Shown piece after piece: positions 10,601-21,200 of a stretch of 64,000 nucleotides of DNA. The position numbers and the translations under genes are program-made. This DNA comes from a virus. The stretch spans positions 1 to 64,000 of the IMG/VR virus record IMGVR_UViG_3300002307_000002; one strand, written 5' to 3'. Each line of letters starts with the position of its first letter. Position 1 is the stretch's first letter. The notes under the pieces are model-generated. The model saw only the letters and a program-made list of their open reading frames with translations, ran no database searches and was not told the DNA's origin.

Positions 10601-12911
10601 AGTCAGCGCTATTCTCAAGGTTATCATTGCTGGTTTTGAAGTTATCATTGTGTTCCTGAATGTGCTCTTCCAGTTTGCTGGCCAGTTCACGTATTCCATC
10701 AGCTTCGCCAATTCCCTTAGGGGCATACCTGCTGGCAAGGTCTTTCATTATTTCTCCAGCTTTAGCCTTGGCCTGAGGTGTACCCTCATCCAGATGGTCA
10801 GCAGCCTTGAGCAACTGTTCCCTGTCACGCTTCAGAGTATCCGCTGTTCTCTCAGCTTTATAGGCATTGTCCAGCCAGGTTTGTGTAACACTGTTAGGTG
10901 AAGTGTCTCCTAAGCTGGCTAAGTTTTGCAGACTTTCAAGCTCATCAATCCGGGCTTGTTCCCGTTCTATAGTTTTCTGGTGCAGGTGTATATCAGCCTG
11001 GCGGGCAAACAGGTTATCCACTACATCCTTCGTGATAGGCTTAGCCTCGTCATAGAAATGTTTATGGATGGTCTTATACATACTCTGGAAATGGTCAAGA
11101 GTGGCAGCAGCCTCAATAGCTTTCTGCTTGTACTCATGGTCATTCATATCACGTGCATACCCGGCCATCATGGCATCAGTCTTTCCGGCCCGTTCTTTCT
11201 GAGTGTCCTGAAGCTGTTTGAGAGTAGCCTCAAGCTGAGTAGTGTCCTCACCTTTCTGCTTGGCTTCTTCAATCTTGCCAGATAGCTTATCAATCTGAGG
11301 CTGCATAATCTCGCCCAAATCCTTGGTGTTGTCCATGTTGGTTATCTGCCTATACTCTTCTTTCCAGCTATCAGTGGCATGAGTAAGTGTACCATCAGTG
11401 GCCACAGCATCTTTAGCATTGATAGCGAAAAGCTGGTTACGAATTTGGTCAGCCGTCAGCTCATCTTTCGATGCCACAGCTTCAGCCAGTTTCTTGTTCA
11501 GATCATCTACAGTCTTAATATGGTTCACCACAGCATCCCTGGTAGTCTCAAAGTAAGCCCGGGCGCCACGTTCATTGAATGCCTTAGAGCTTACCCTGTA
11601 CTGAGTGTACATAGGTTCACCCTTAGCATTATACTGTATTTTTCCATCTGCATCTTTGATTATATGCGTGTTACCCTCAACGTCATAGGCTGTGTGTTTA
11701 AAGGGCACCCTGTCTACTACCAGCCCCTGAAGAGGGCCATAAGCCGCACCAAAGATGAAATCATACGCTCCTTTACCAGTAGCAGCATCTTCACCATAAT
11801 GGTTGAAGTAGTTCTTAACCATACTGGAAACGTCATCATCCTGCTCTTCTCCACTACCAATACGCTCACCTTGTTTAGCAGCCACTCCCATGTTAACCAT
11901 TTCCAACCCACCCTTCAGGCTTTCACCAAGCATGCTGTTGATGCCGTGACGGGCAGTGAATATCTTAGCTATTTCTGGGTCAGAAGCTTTTAAATCCTGT
12001 ATACGTTGTAACCAGGCGCCACGGCTTTCTCCCTCAAGCCTTCTACCAGCGCCTTCCATGAATTGCTGCATTTCAGGACTGGCTTGCTTGAATAGAGAGG
12101 CCACTGTTCCCAAATTGAGAAGAGTGTTCAAGGCCACGGTCATGTGTACAGTAGCTGCCGCTGCCTCACCAGCTTTATCCTTAGCAGCTTTGTCAGCTTC
12201 TTCCTGAGATAAACCAGCAGCCAGGTTGTTCAGGTACTGCTTATGGTAACTATCCTGGTACACTTGTCGGCCAGACATAGCACCCATCAAGTAAGCGTTG
12301 GCTGCTGCAGTGCTTAACTGTGCTGCTCCTCTTACAGCTTTAGTAGCCGTGGTTCCCAGCTTAGCTGCATCTGCCAGTGCATTAGCCCCACTTAAACTGA
12401 ACTCCCCCATACCATACATTAGCAGGCCCAATGAAGCAGCTCCTTCCACTGTGGATTGCAGCCAGTTAGCATACCATGCAAAGTCCCCGGGGTCGACATC
12501 TTTGTCAGGATGCTCCCGATATATCTCCCCAAATGGGTTGTGTATACCGGGTTTGTCAAAGAAGTCTACTATCTCATTGGAGTAAGTCTTATCTCCAAAC
12601 ATGGTACCCAGGTAACCGATACCCTGCACAATACCAGTAGCTGTGTTAGCTACGGCATTGCCCACGCCTTTTGCCAGCTGTGAGTACCACTTCTGGTCTT
12701 GGGCCCGGAGCAGGTTATTATCAGTGTTGGTCTTGGGTTGGAATTTAAACTCTCCGAAGTCTATACCGGTTTGTCCACCGGGCAATATTCCTGTACCCGT
12801 TCCTCCAGGATTATTGTCTATCTTATCTAAGTCAAAACCTCCCGATGTGGAAGGTTTAGAACTTGAAGTGGATTTATCTGACGTGTCTATCTTGTTTAAA
12901 TCAAAGGGCAT
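7617..12911 (-). CDS. Large virion cargo/ejection protein
   Basis: 1764 aa; Gly/Ala-rich hydrophobic segments, long coiled coil and Pro/Glu linker; adjacent to vRNAP as in crAss-like phages. Confidence 0.75.
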   Translation of the reverse strand: MPFDLNKIDTSDKSTSSSKPSTSGGFDLDKIDNNPGGTGTGILPGGQTGIDFGEFKFQPKTNTDNNLLRAQDQKWYSQLAKGVGNAVANTATGIVQGIGYLGTMFGDKTYSNEIVDFFDKPGIHNPFGEIYREHPDKDVDPGDFAWYANWLQSTVEGAASLGLLMYGMGEFSLSGANALADAAKLGTTATKAVRGAAQLSTAAANAYLMGAMSGRQVYQDSYHKQYLNNLAAGLSQEEADKAAKDKAGEAAAATVHMTVALNTLLNLGTVASLFKQASPEMQQFMEGAGRRLEGESRGAWLQRIQDLKASDPEIAKIFTARHGINSMLGESLKGGLEMVNMGVAAKQGERIGSGEEQDDDVSSMVKNYFNHYGEDAATGKGAYDFIFGAAYGPLQGLVVDRVPFKHTAYDVEGNTHIIKDADGKIQYNAKGEPMYTQYRVSSKAFNERGARAYFETTRDAVVNHIKTVDDLNKKLAEAVASKDELTADQIRNQLFAINAKDAVATDGTLTHATDSWKEEYRQITNMDNTKDLGEIMQPQIDKLSGKIEEAKQKGEDTTQLEATLKQLQDTQKERAGKTDAMMAGYARDMNDHEYKQKAIEAAATLDHFQSMYKTIHKHFYDEAKPITKDVVDNLFARQADIHLHQKTIEREQARIDELESLQNLASLGDTSPNSVTQTWLDNAYKAERTADTLKRDREQLLKAADHLDEGTPQAKAKAGEIMKDLASRYAPKGIGEADGIRELASKLEEHIQEHNDNFKTSNDNLENSADYQAWKEANPGKSLRDYKESIMSHSLLQEDKAALEVYKAQVKVNAENLKEQMSEKGRHTLYKQFAEQQAKAVKEYQEKIKAQNTEDFRKRMEDEAYTKLTVEQKQKEVARLQEQIAQYTKERNEAAQKYNEAKTKLEELQKEKGIFARMNGEIRLKTEMVRQKRRMDTLDRRIKLLDTQLEKATEAVGKAEEQHARAQKVTQTAPVERPEPVQETEPSTNRVQAPESGQAPVEDNAQIEPEEAPEEPEVEHPIQEPDYTEGTMTAKFQELKGKLSKAAQDVVDRMESNARKQIEQTTGDSPIKLQLARVKAARETTSISAQRLIGEGVPQDVALDTAQSLRQYLVEQILEDKIDAKPVDVPETTTQLPGDKTKIDPPQSSTGQPEIANPPAFEETKKPEVWEDTAKSMHAGVAVASADVEYHEIRTPEGVRGIRNSQWSDGTTELNDKVSKARMVSGAIKVGDPVHLELDTAYVDKKGKAFKDYTKDGKIDLQTNAHHNIPIKIVHDRSGETLGYLHTQDWLKDGARNIPQYDESGNPNREKQIANNLEIRQRLARMYNLNPEKARLKTTVKDRTSGNVLWLSEVGTDGKVKYKSKKTSEAIPQEGLKYGVIQDGEFQIKNKVPITGMEIVNSKELKEANGSVRVLLPMPDGRFYAAPIRTEKLRTSDIKTLRKAIEAHLEVKGGNLDGAGKRIIDNIKKLTGIDISAPKGLESFMQQYFTYGSSFSKLNTHADAPADASGKKVPKFLMNIPSNGNDIHAGVTYSGEHAYAKLGPDGKLNPEFTALFEKGLAQRQRIVNFPALGDGTNIVRGINEQGNKPFTMVSISEDGKVSHKVYKNYDDYMRNYTSTSVDGTNKVTVDVKEHYVYGANSQVILDKDSLTGEDSLTSEAVEVPTSNIADVGEIKQPEPEFHSEADLDALLLGDDEISNASKLPVKGILKVDGEPITLDTVNQLRMDVPPEEREPDLKPEEVLAQLQNSGLSAIPEGYNPFRKC

Positions 12912-12913
12912 GG

Positions 12914-15103
12914 CTAATGTTTTTGCAAGGATTCGATAATACTGTTTACAGCCCCATCAAGGCTAGGTGCTACCACATCTTTAGTACGGCCTTCATTTCC
13001 GTAGTAGGTTATAATGTAGTTGGCTTGAGCTGCATTAGAATAGGAGCTCTTGTCAGAAGGTTTCACCTCCCGCACACTTACCTTCAGGTCTTTACCCAAT
13101 GGTACCTCAATACTTTTGCTTGGAGACTTATCAATTCCACTTCCAATACTCTGTGCCAAGTACTGCTGTGCTGGAGTAATCTGTCCTTCTTTAACCAGGT
13201 TTGAAGTGATACCACTGTAAGCTGGCATCTTAACCAGAATATCCTGGCCCACCTGTTCACCCTTAGCATTGGTCTTGGAAGTACCCACTTTAAAGAACAT
13301 CTTGTACTGGCCATCTGCATCAATACCTACACCAGCAAACTTACCCTGCCCGATGACTTTCTGGTAATCATCAGATGATAAATCTGTACCAGCTTTGTCT
13401 CCACTGGCCCACTGCAATCCCTGAGCACCATACTTCAACCCGGCAGCATCAAGGTTTGTGGATAGGTTGTTGAAAGCATTCTCAACTGCTGTGTTGATTT
13501 TCGTATTCTTGAATGTGGTGATGCCGATTGGTACAGAATTGTTCTGTGCATCTTGCTGTAAGTATTTCTCAGCTTCTTTGTAACGTGGATCTTCGGCTAT
13601 GGTTAAGTCATAAGCATCCTTAGCCTGCTGTTTAATACCAGCCTCTACTTCTGGTGGCATACCGTTCGGGTAGCCTTTCATATCAGTTTGCAGTACAAAA
13701 TCATAAGCTTTCTGGGCTTGTTTAACTACTTCACCATCAAATTTACCATCTTTAAATCCAGCACGTTGTAAAGCTTCCTTCTGTTTATCCCTTAGCTGTT
13801 GAGCAGCAACATTAGCCTGCTGCTGGGCATCAATCATCTTTCTGGCCTCACTTGTTTTCTCGTTACCCTGAGCATCAAACCAACGAGTGTTGGGGTCATA
13901 CGGACTACCATTAGCTTTCACACCGTTCTTATTGCTCCATGCCAGATACTGCTTGTATTGTTCTACGTTGGCATTATCATGGGTGTCTATGGCTGAGCTC
14001 AAGTCTCCCAGAGTTTTGTACTGGCTTCCACTGGTTGGCTGTAAGATGGTAGCTTGGATTGGTATACTGCTGTTTTTGTAATCTTCCACTCCATAAGGGT
14101 TGGCCTGTATACCATCACTATGCTCAACATCATGTCTCTTGTACTTAGCGACACCATAATTCTGCATACTTTGCAGCAGGCTACTGCCAATCTTATACTG
14201 ATGAAGGCTGCGTAGAGCTTCGGGCAGGCTATAGCCTCTGTCCATCATTGCCCTAAGCTGGTCTTGAACAGTGATAGGTATGCCTTTCTTACCGGTTCTG
14301 TCATTGAGGTCTTTTCTCAATCCTAACTCTCCAGACGCAATCCCCAAATCCTCAGGATGGATTTTACTGTAATCCTGGTTGTATGTAGCAAGGTCAGCTT
14401 TCTGTCTGGCCCATGCCTGGTATTCACTGTCATTGTTAGCGCCTTGCCTGATGATTTCCTGAATTGTACTGGCAGGCATGTCAATTACCTTGTCATTCTG
14501 CTTGATAATCCATTTATCACCAGCTTGTTCGTGGCTGTATCCTTGAGTAGATGGCAGGGCTTTATCCAGCCATTCATCCACCTTCTTGTCTGTGTTTATA
14601 TCCTTCACGTAAGTCTGACCGTTGTAACGACCACGGTACTTACCAGTAAAGGGGTCTTTCTGTATGCCTTGGTAATACTGTTCTGATTGAGCAATTTTGG
14701 CTGCACCGGTTTCAGGAGTAATCAGTCCGGCATCCACATCTTTGTTAATCTTGTCGTGGTAGTCCTGCTGCTCTTTAAGCACCTGAGCAAACGGGGCATA
14801 GTCAGAAGTAACATTGTTTGCCAGCATTGTGGTTTCCCTCAAGCTGTTCTCTAAGTCTTTCTTACCAGCAATAGCCGCTATCTTATCCTTGTAGTTCTGA
14901 GCCATTTCCTGTAATGCAGGTTGGTCTTTGGCATGGGCCTGCATGTTACCGAAAAATTGGCTCATGAAGTCCATTTTATCTAGAGTTTTGTCATACCTGT
15001 CCTGAAGCTGTTGAGAGACTTGGACGAGTTCAGGTACAACACTACCCTGGTAAGTCTTTATACCATTTGAATTGGCTAATTGATATGAATCATATAATCC
15101 CAT
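12914..15103 (-). CDS. Virion cargo protein
   Basis: 729 aa, helical, syntenic with crAss cargo block. Confidence 0.65.
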   Translation of the reverse strand: MGLYDSYQLANSNGIKTYQGSVVPELVQVSQQLQDRYDKTLDKMDFMSQFFGNMQAHAKDQPALQEMAQNYKDKIAAIAGKKDLENSLRETTMLANNVTSDYAPFAQVLKEQQDYHDKINKDVDAGLITPETGAAKIAQSEQYYQGIQKDPFTGKYRGRYNGQTYVKDINTDKKVDEWLDKALPSTQGYSHEQAGDKWIIKQNDKVIDMPASTIQEIIRQGANNDSEYQAWARQKADLATYNQDYSKIHPEDLGIASGELGLRKDLNDRTGKKGIPITVQDQLRAMMDRGYSLPEALRSLHQYKIGSSLLQSMQNYGVAKYKRHDVEHSDGIQANPYGVEDYKNSSIPIQATILQPTSGSQYKTLGDLSSAIDTHDNANVEQYKQYLAWSNKNGVKANGSPYDPNTRWFDAQGNEKTSEARKMIDAQQQANVAAQQLRDKQKEALQRAGFKDGKFDGEVVKQAQKAYDFVLQTDMKGYPNGMPPEVEAGIKQQAKDAYDLTIAEDPRYKEAEKYLQQDAQNNSVPIGITTFKNTKINTAVENAFNNLSTNLDAAGLKYGAQGLQWASGDKAGTDLSSDDYQKVIGQGKFAGVGIDADGQYKMFFKVGTSKTNAKGEQVGQDILVKMPAYSGITSNLVKEGQITPAQQYLAQSIGSGIDKSPSKSIEVPLGKDLKVSVREVKPSDKSSYSNAAQANYIITYYGNEGRTKDVVAPSLDGAVNSIIESLQKH

Positions 15104-15121
15104 AGTAATTCTGTATAGAGG

Positions 15122-16693
15122 TTAATAAACCGGTTTGCGTTTCAGTTTTCCACCCATGGCCAATCTGTATTTTTCAATCCCAGTCTGGCTGTGCAGAGTG
15201 TTGGTACCACCAGTAAACTTGTTACTCCACTCTGTGCCAGGCACTCTGTACATTCCACGGGTGCTATCAGGTTTACCATCAGCCCCCACATACATGAACT
15301 CTGCATCCTGAGGAGCAGTTTTAAGCATGCCAGCATCAGCTTGCCCCTGAGAATTGCGCGTGCTGTACCTCATAAATCCAGCAAGATGTTTATCCGGACC
15401 GTAAATAGGCTGGCCGGAGAATGCCTGTGCAGGATTGTCTATCAGCTTGGGGGCTGCTACGGATGCAGTAGGAGCCTGCTGTTCAGTGTATACAATATCT
15501 TCAGCCGGAGCTTTGTAGAATGGTTGGTACTTGCCAATCTCTTCATTTGATATGTATTTCTTGGCAGCTAGTTCATTCGGGCTTATACCCGCTTGAAGCT
15601 GCTGTTGAAGGAACTGCTCGTAGTGGCTGTCATTCCCACGACCACCAGTAGCTGGTGCAAGTGAAGCAGGAGGTTGTACTTTGTTGTAATACTTCCTGCC
15701 ATTCTCTTCTCCGGCTGGAGTGTATCCTTCAGGTGGAGCATCTACTTTTCTGGCCCTGCTCTTATCTTTCAAATCTCCACCACCAGCAAACACACGCATA
15801 CGGCCTCCGTAAGCCTGTACGTCTGGTATATTTTCATCTTTAGTTTTCACGCCTTTAATTACACGTTCAGGTACACCAGAATTTTTGAATAATTGGCTAT
15901 ATATTTCCCATCTATCCATGTCTAACTGTCTGGCACTCTTTACATTCTGCTGTCCGATGTATTTATCAGCGGCATTAGCCAGGTTAGCGCTGTCATTACG
16001 CTGTTGAGCAATCTGTGCCTCAATCTGCTGCTCTTTGTACTGGTTATTAATAGCAGCATTTTGAGCTGCAATGCCAGCATTAGCCCTGTCAGTTTCCATT
16101 TTGAGCTGAGCATTCGTGTTGTTCTCATTCTCATTGATGGAATTCTTAGCCCGTATAGTCTGGGCCAGGTTGGCAGCATGTACAGCACCGGCAGAGTTTT
16201 CATCCATGTTCAACTCTGCAGTGCGGTTAGCTCCCCTTGCTTGCCTGTCAGCTTCAGCACTCTCAGCAGAGTAGTTCACCCGTGTACCAGTGATAGAAGA
16301 TAACAAGTCTGGCTTCAAGGGAGCCGGAACTTTTTTGAAGGAGTTGGCTATGTTTGAGATGTATGGTACAATACTATCCAGTGAGCCATTACCTGCGACC
16401 ATTTTAGCCTGCTCAAACACATTAGCCCTTCTTCCAGCTGAAGGAGTGAAGGTGGATGTGAGTTTACCAGGATTCACTGTGGCATCAGCAGAGATGGCAT
16501 CCGGGCCTGTTTTAAATAGGTCGAAGATTGGTTTCCTTCTTGGTCTGCTGTAGTCGTAGTCAGAAGGGCCAATCATTCCCGGAGTTTGGGGGTCATAAGC
16601 TGAAGGAAGTTTACCAGTTGTGTACTGAGATGGCCCGATAGTACCACCATCATCATATTTCTTAAAAACCATTAATCTGTTCTTGCGTACCAT
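15122..16693 (-). CDS. Virion cargo protein with repeated GG motifs
   Basis: 523 aa; Asn/Ala/Gln-rich coiled coil; KKYDDGG, QAYGGR, FAGGG, LAMGGK. Confidence 0.65.
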   Translation of the reverse strand: MVRKNRLMVFKKYDDGGTIGPSQYTTGKLPSAYDPQTPGMIGPSDYDYSRPRRKPIFDLFKTGPDAISADATVNPGKLTSTFTPSAGRRANVFEQAKMVAGNGSLDSIVPYISNIANSFKKVPAPLKPDLLSSITGTRVNYSAESAEADRQARGANRTAELNMDENSAGAVHAANLAQTIRAKNSINENENNTNAQLKMETDRANAGIAAQNAAINNQYKEQQIEAQIAQQRNDSANLANAADKYIGQQNVKSARQLDMDRWEIYSQLFKNSGVPERVIKGVKTKDENIPDVQAYGGRMRVFAGGGDLKDKSRARKVDAPPEGYTPAGEENGRKYYNKVQPPASLAPATGGRGNDSHYEQFLQQQLQAGISPNELAAKKYISNEEIGKYQPFYKAPAEDIVYTEQQAPTASVAAPKLIDNPAQAFSGQPIYGPDKHLAGFMRYSTRNSQGQADAGMLKTAPQDAEFMYVGADGKPDSTRGMYRVPGTEWSNKFTGGTNTLHSQTGIEKYRLAMGGKLKRKPVY

Positions 16694-17514
16694 TATTGTA
16701 GGTTTAGCTGTTGTTTAACGAATTCCTGCTGTTGGCGGAGAGTGTTTATCTGTCCTCTTAACAGTTTGAGGCTGGTGATACGTTCAGGGCTCATAGCCTT
16801 CTGTTCAATCTTGCCAATGGATTTAGCCAAAGCCTTATGAGGTTTAGCAAATCCCAGTCTGTCTGAGAACACGTACCCATTCTCAGCAGACTCATTACCC
16901 TCCACTTCTGCCTCAGCTCCAGGTATCTGTATGCCTCCTTCCTCATGTGATGGGCCGTTGAATTGGCTGGCAGTGGATGATATTGGTTCAGCCTCACCAC
17001 CCTGCACTGTTTGGCTGGCCACGTTATCCTGGTTCATAAACTTAGAAGCAAGACTGCCTCCAGCTGCATAGTAGCTGGCACCCATGTTTCCATGAAGCAG
17101 GTTAGGGTTGGTGGAAAGTTTAGCAGCCAGGTCAGCAGAGTTCTTTCTGGTTTGCTCCAGTCCTTTATCCCTTTCCATCTGTGCTTCCATATCCTTGATG
17201 CCGCCTTGAGAGAGTATGGCACCAATGCCTCCGATAAATCCACCTTTCATACTTCCTTTCAGGTAGCTGCCCAATAGGGACTGCTTACCATAAGCATCAG
17301 GTTTATCTATTGCATCAATCAGTCCACCACCGATGGAATTGGTTAATCCATAGATGGCTTGTCCACCGGGTACCAATCCAGCAGCCGCAGAAGCAGCTGT
17401 ACTGCTCAAAGCCTGCATGGTTTCACCAGCACTGTTTGTTGCCCGGTCTACCTGGTCAGGAGACATTTGTCCACCGGGCCAAAATTTCTTTCTATATCTG
17501 GATGCAAGGGTCAT
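16693..17514 (-). CDS. Virion cargo protein (GPSHxxGG family)
   Basis: Likely start MTLASRY at 17514; Gly-rich hydrophobic segments; GPSHEEGGI...EVEGNE...YVFSDRLG motif typical of crAss cargo proteins. Confidence 0.7.
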   Translation of the reverse strand: MTLASRYRKKFWPGGQMSPDQVDRATNSAGETMQALSSTAASAAAGLVPGGQAIYGLTNSIGGGLIDAIDKPDAYGKQSLLGSYLKGSMKGGFIGGIGAILSQGGIKDMEAQMERDKGLEQTRKNSADLAAKLSTNPNLLHGNMGASYYAAGGSLASKFMNQDNVASQTVQGGEAEPISSTASQFNGPSHEEGGIQIPGAEAEVEGNESAENGYVFSDRLGFAKPHKALAKSIGKIEQKAMSPERITSLKLLRGQINTLRQQQEFVKQQLNLQ

Positions 17515-17515
17515 G

Positions 17516-18274
17516 TTATCGGGGTGATTTATTTGTGTCAAGGTCAGCTCCGTGCAGTACAAAGTCTTTACCACTGCTGTTATCAAACTCAAGTCTTACA
17601 GTGAACCAGTTATCGTGCATCAAATCCTGGTCGTACCATGGCTTTGTAGCATTGATGTTGGTGGAGTCCACAGCAAAGTTCGAGAATATATCTAACAGGA
17701 ATTTGCTTCCCGTAGTCTTAACCATATCCCTGAACGTACTAAAGCTCCATAAGGCTTGCGTCTTTCTTGCACTGTATTCTAGTTGATTGAACACATCAGT
17801 GATAGCAATTCTCCCTGTACACTGTTGGTTATTCCAGATGGTAATGTGTGTGATGGTAGAGAATTCAGTCTCCATTTCACTGCTGAACACTTCACTCAGC
17901 CAGTTAACAGCATTGAGTACAGCCTCACCTTCGTATGGAAAGATGCAATCTACAAAGAAGCTGGAAGCTGTACCACCATAGTACACCCCGGGGGCGCCTT
18001 TGTGGTGTATGTAGATTTTGTTATCCTTGATACTGTATAGCTGATTACGGGTGGCAAAGTAGAAATCTGCTATGTAATCGTGGAAGAATACCCATTCCTT
18101 AGCCTCTAAGCTGTAAGATAGGGTAAGGCTCTTGTCCTTCACAGCTTCAGGAAGTACATCCTTGAGAGCATAGCACACCCCGTTGTACTTCACCAAATAG
18201 ATACAACTGAAATCTTCAGTGTCCGCACTGGTGTTATAATTCACTGCTGCAGGGTTCATACATCCGGTTATCAT
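17516..18274 (-). CDS. C-terminal part of tail muzzle/stabilization protein
   Basis: TLSYSLEAKEWVFFHDY motif typical of the C-terminal part of crAss stabilization proteins; ATGA overlap with upstream gene. Confidence 0.7.
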   Translation of the reverse strand: MITGCMNPAAVNYNTSADTEDFSCIYLVKYNGVCYALKDVLPEAVKDKSLTLSYSLEAKEWVFFHDYIADFYFATRNQLYSIKDNKIYIHHKGAPGVYYGGTASSFFVDCIFPYEGEAVLNAVNWLSEVFSSEMETEFSTITHITIWNNQQCTGRIAITDVFNQLEYSARKTQALWSFSTFRDMVKTTGSKFLLDIFSNFAVDSTNINATKPWYDQDLMHDNWFTVRLEFDNSSGKDFVLHGADLDTNKSPR

Positions 18275-21200
18275 ATACAGATTCCTTTAGAGTTTGCGTA
18301 AGATTGTTTGTTTGTATCCACATCAGACTGAGCATCACCATCAGCTGTAGCCTGGCTGGCGGTTGAAGAGTATGAGCCTGCCGGTACCGTATACTTGATA
18401 ATACTACCAGTGTACATCGGGTCACAGTTGTTTTTCTGGGCAGTGTCACCTTTTTGTGCAGAAAGGTAAAGATGGACGGTGCCAGAACATTGGTCACTGT
18501 TTTCCACTGGCGGATAATATGGTATGGGTACGTCCTGAAATAAAGCTACCGGACTGGATACCTCGTTTGGTACTATCTCAATTGTAGTTGTCCTTTTTAC
18601 ATCTTGGATGGTAACATTGGCCCATTGACAGGTGGTATGAGTGGTAGTTGATGCTTCACTCTCTATCAGCTTGCAGTAGTAACTGTCAGTGCCAGGGTCA
18701 TATACCAGTACATATCCTGGGTGTGCATCACAGTTGTATAGGCCCACATCACTTTTGTCTCCATCGCTGATACTCCCGTAAGGAGGTGCAGCTGAGGAGA
18801 AGATAATGTAGGGTGCCAGATTGGTTGTATTTGTACATGCCTCAAGCTGAGCAGCAGTGGCCTTGTATATCTCACAGCCAACGACACCAATGCTCGTGCC
18901 ATTCGTTCCTGTAATTCCAATTACATTCACCCCGGCAGTAAGTTCTACCTCATACATGTGCATGTATCGGTATAGGTCTGCCGTAGTTGCCACGCTGGCT
19001 CCGTATAGTGTATTGAAGGCACTATTGATATTGGCTAAGTTTTGTGTTACTATGGCTGTACCATTGACATTGATAGTGGCATAGTCGTCCACTCCCACAT
19101 TGATGAAATACCGGCCAGAAGCTGGTACAGTGAACTGCCTACTGAAGCCCAAAGGGGTTGTGTTGTAAGATTGGTCACCTTGTTTCCATACACCCAGCTG
19201 ATTTAACCTGCCACAAGTTCCATCATGCAGTGTTCCACCAGTAGGGTTTCCCCATAGGTTACCGCCATAAGACATTTCTCCACCGGGTTTGAATGACCAC
19301 AATGGTGAGCCAGAGAGTATCAGGCTGGTATTCGGTTTCACAGTAGGGGAGCCGTCAGTATTGTATGTGCCGTAAGGATAGATGATAGTGCCCCATTCTC
19401 CATACTGGCTATAGTCATAGTGAGCCAGCAGTGTACTGCTTCCACCAGAGCTGGTAGCTGAAGCTGTAGTCACACGGGTGCAGGTAGTACCATCATCTGA
19501 TAGTGTCCAGCCTGATGGACAGGTTGGCGTACCTCCTGTACAGCTTGGGCTGGATGGAATAAATGCTATGCTTTCTCTGTCCCATATCACATTCACAGTC
19601 AATGTAAAGGGTACAGGGGCATGGTATCTGTCCGATACAGTGAAGTTTAACACCATGGTTGGATATGATGCCGGGTCTATGATGGTATTTGTAAGCAGTA
19701 TCACTTTACCATCAACTGGCACGTAAGTGAAAGCTCCGGTAATTGTCTGTCCTACAAACACTACCTCCAGAGAGTCATCTTCCATATCCCAGCCTGTGGT
19801 GTCAATAGTATACACGGTTGTACCACTGGCAATGCTATCCAGGATGGTGATGGTATCACTCACTGGTACTGGCGGCCTGTTGATATGCAGCACGTTTACA
19901 GTGACTGTACCGTAACCTACTGCGCTTGAAGAGTCTGTAACAGATACTCCCAGTCTGTAGATTGGATGCACAAGTCCATTGAGCGTTGACACATCTGCCA
20001 GCTTTATCAATCCTGTTGAGTTATTGATAGAAAATACTCCATCTTCATTCCCACTGGTGATTGCATAAGTGAGTGAGCCACCTTCCCTGTCAAAAGCTGC
20101 TACATAGGTGACGTCAGTCAGGGTAGCTTCATCGTCATGTATTGTAACCTCCGTATCATGTACCCTTGGTGGTGTGTTCACCAGTGTCAGATGTACTGTA
20201 ACTGTGAATGTGGCAGTTTGCCCGTTGTCATTCATTGCTACTCCAGACATGATGTATTCATTCTGCACATAGTAGTCCATTGCACCAGATACAAATAGAT
20301 GCCCTGAGGTATCCAGCCTGAAGGGTGTGCCAGTGGTTGCCAGGTAGAAGTTATTCACATTACTGCCCGTCACTGTGCCTATCTGTACCCCAATGGCCGT
20401 GTTCTCATCTATGGTTACAGTGAGGTCATTGGCTGATGGTACTAAATCTGATGGGCAGGAAAAGCCTGTAGCCTCAGGGTCATTCACTCCCAAAAACTTC
20501 ACCAGTCTGCCGTTGTAGTTCACATAACTGTTATCCGGCAGGGTAGGGAGTATGGTTGGATTGTAGTCATACACATTTTGTCCGCTGGCCGCCAGTGCTT
20601 TGTTCTTGATGGTTAGCAGTAGTCTTTTATATGTGGGGTCATAACCAATTGTATAGCCATTTCCCTGAAATACATTTTTATCCTTCAGTCCCAGGTATTT
20701 ACTGAAGAAGGTAATCATACCTTGGGTGATTAGCTGAAGCTGGCCTTTAAACAGGAAGACTTGCCCGAGAGCACTATCCAGGAAAGCATATCCGAATGGT
20801 GTGCGTGTAGTAGCCAGCTCGTGTTGGTTACCTGCATACCCCAGCTTTGAGGACATTCCTTCCTGTGGTTCAAATTGAAAGATGTTACCTGAGCCCAGTG
20901 TTACAGAGAGTATATCTGAAGTGTTCAGTTGTGCCTTGTCTTGAGTAATCAACAAAGCATTCTCACAATGTATCAGCAACCGATCATCCATGCCCTCCAA
21001 CTTGGTAATCCGGCCCATGTTCTTTTGCAGCTCGTAGTAATCCAATGGCAGAAATGTTCTCCAGCTTCTGTTTTTTGTCTGTTTGCTCAGTTTACCTCCA
21101 CGGTGTATGCGGTATGGATGGCTGGTAAGCTGGTCTGCATAGGTGTCAAAGATGGTGGTACTTATCAAATCATCCAGAGCATTGCTGTCTTTGCTGTACC

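Noticed and set aside
18271-20620. Diversity-generating retroelement targeting the adhesin
   Set aside because: No reverse transcriptase and no TR/VR repeat pair detected by eye in the window.
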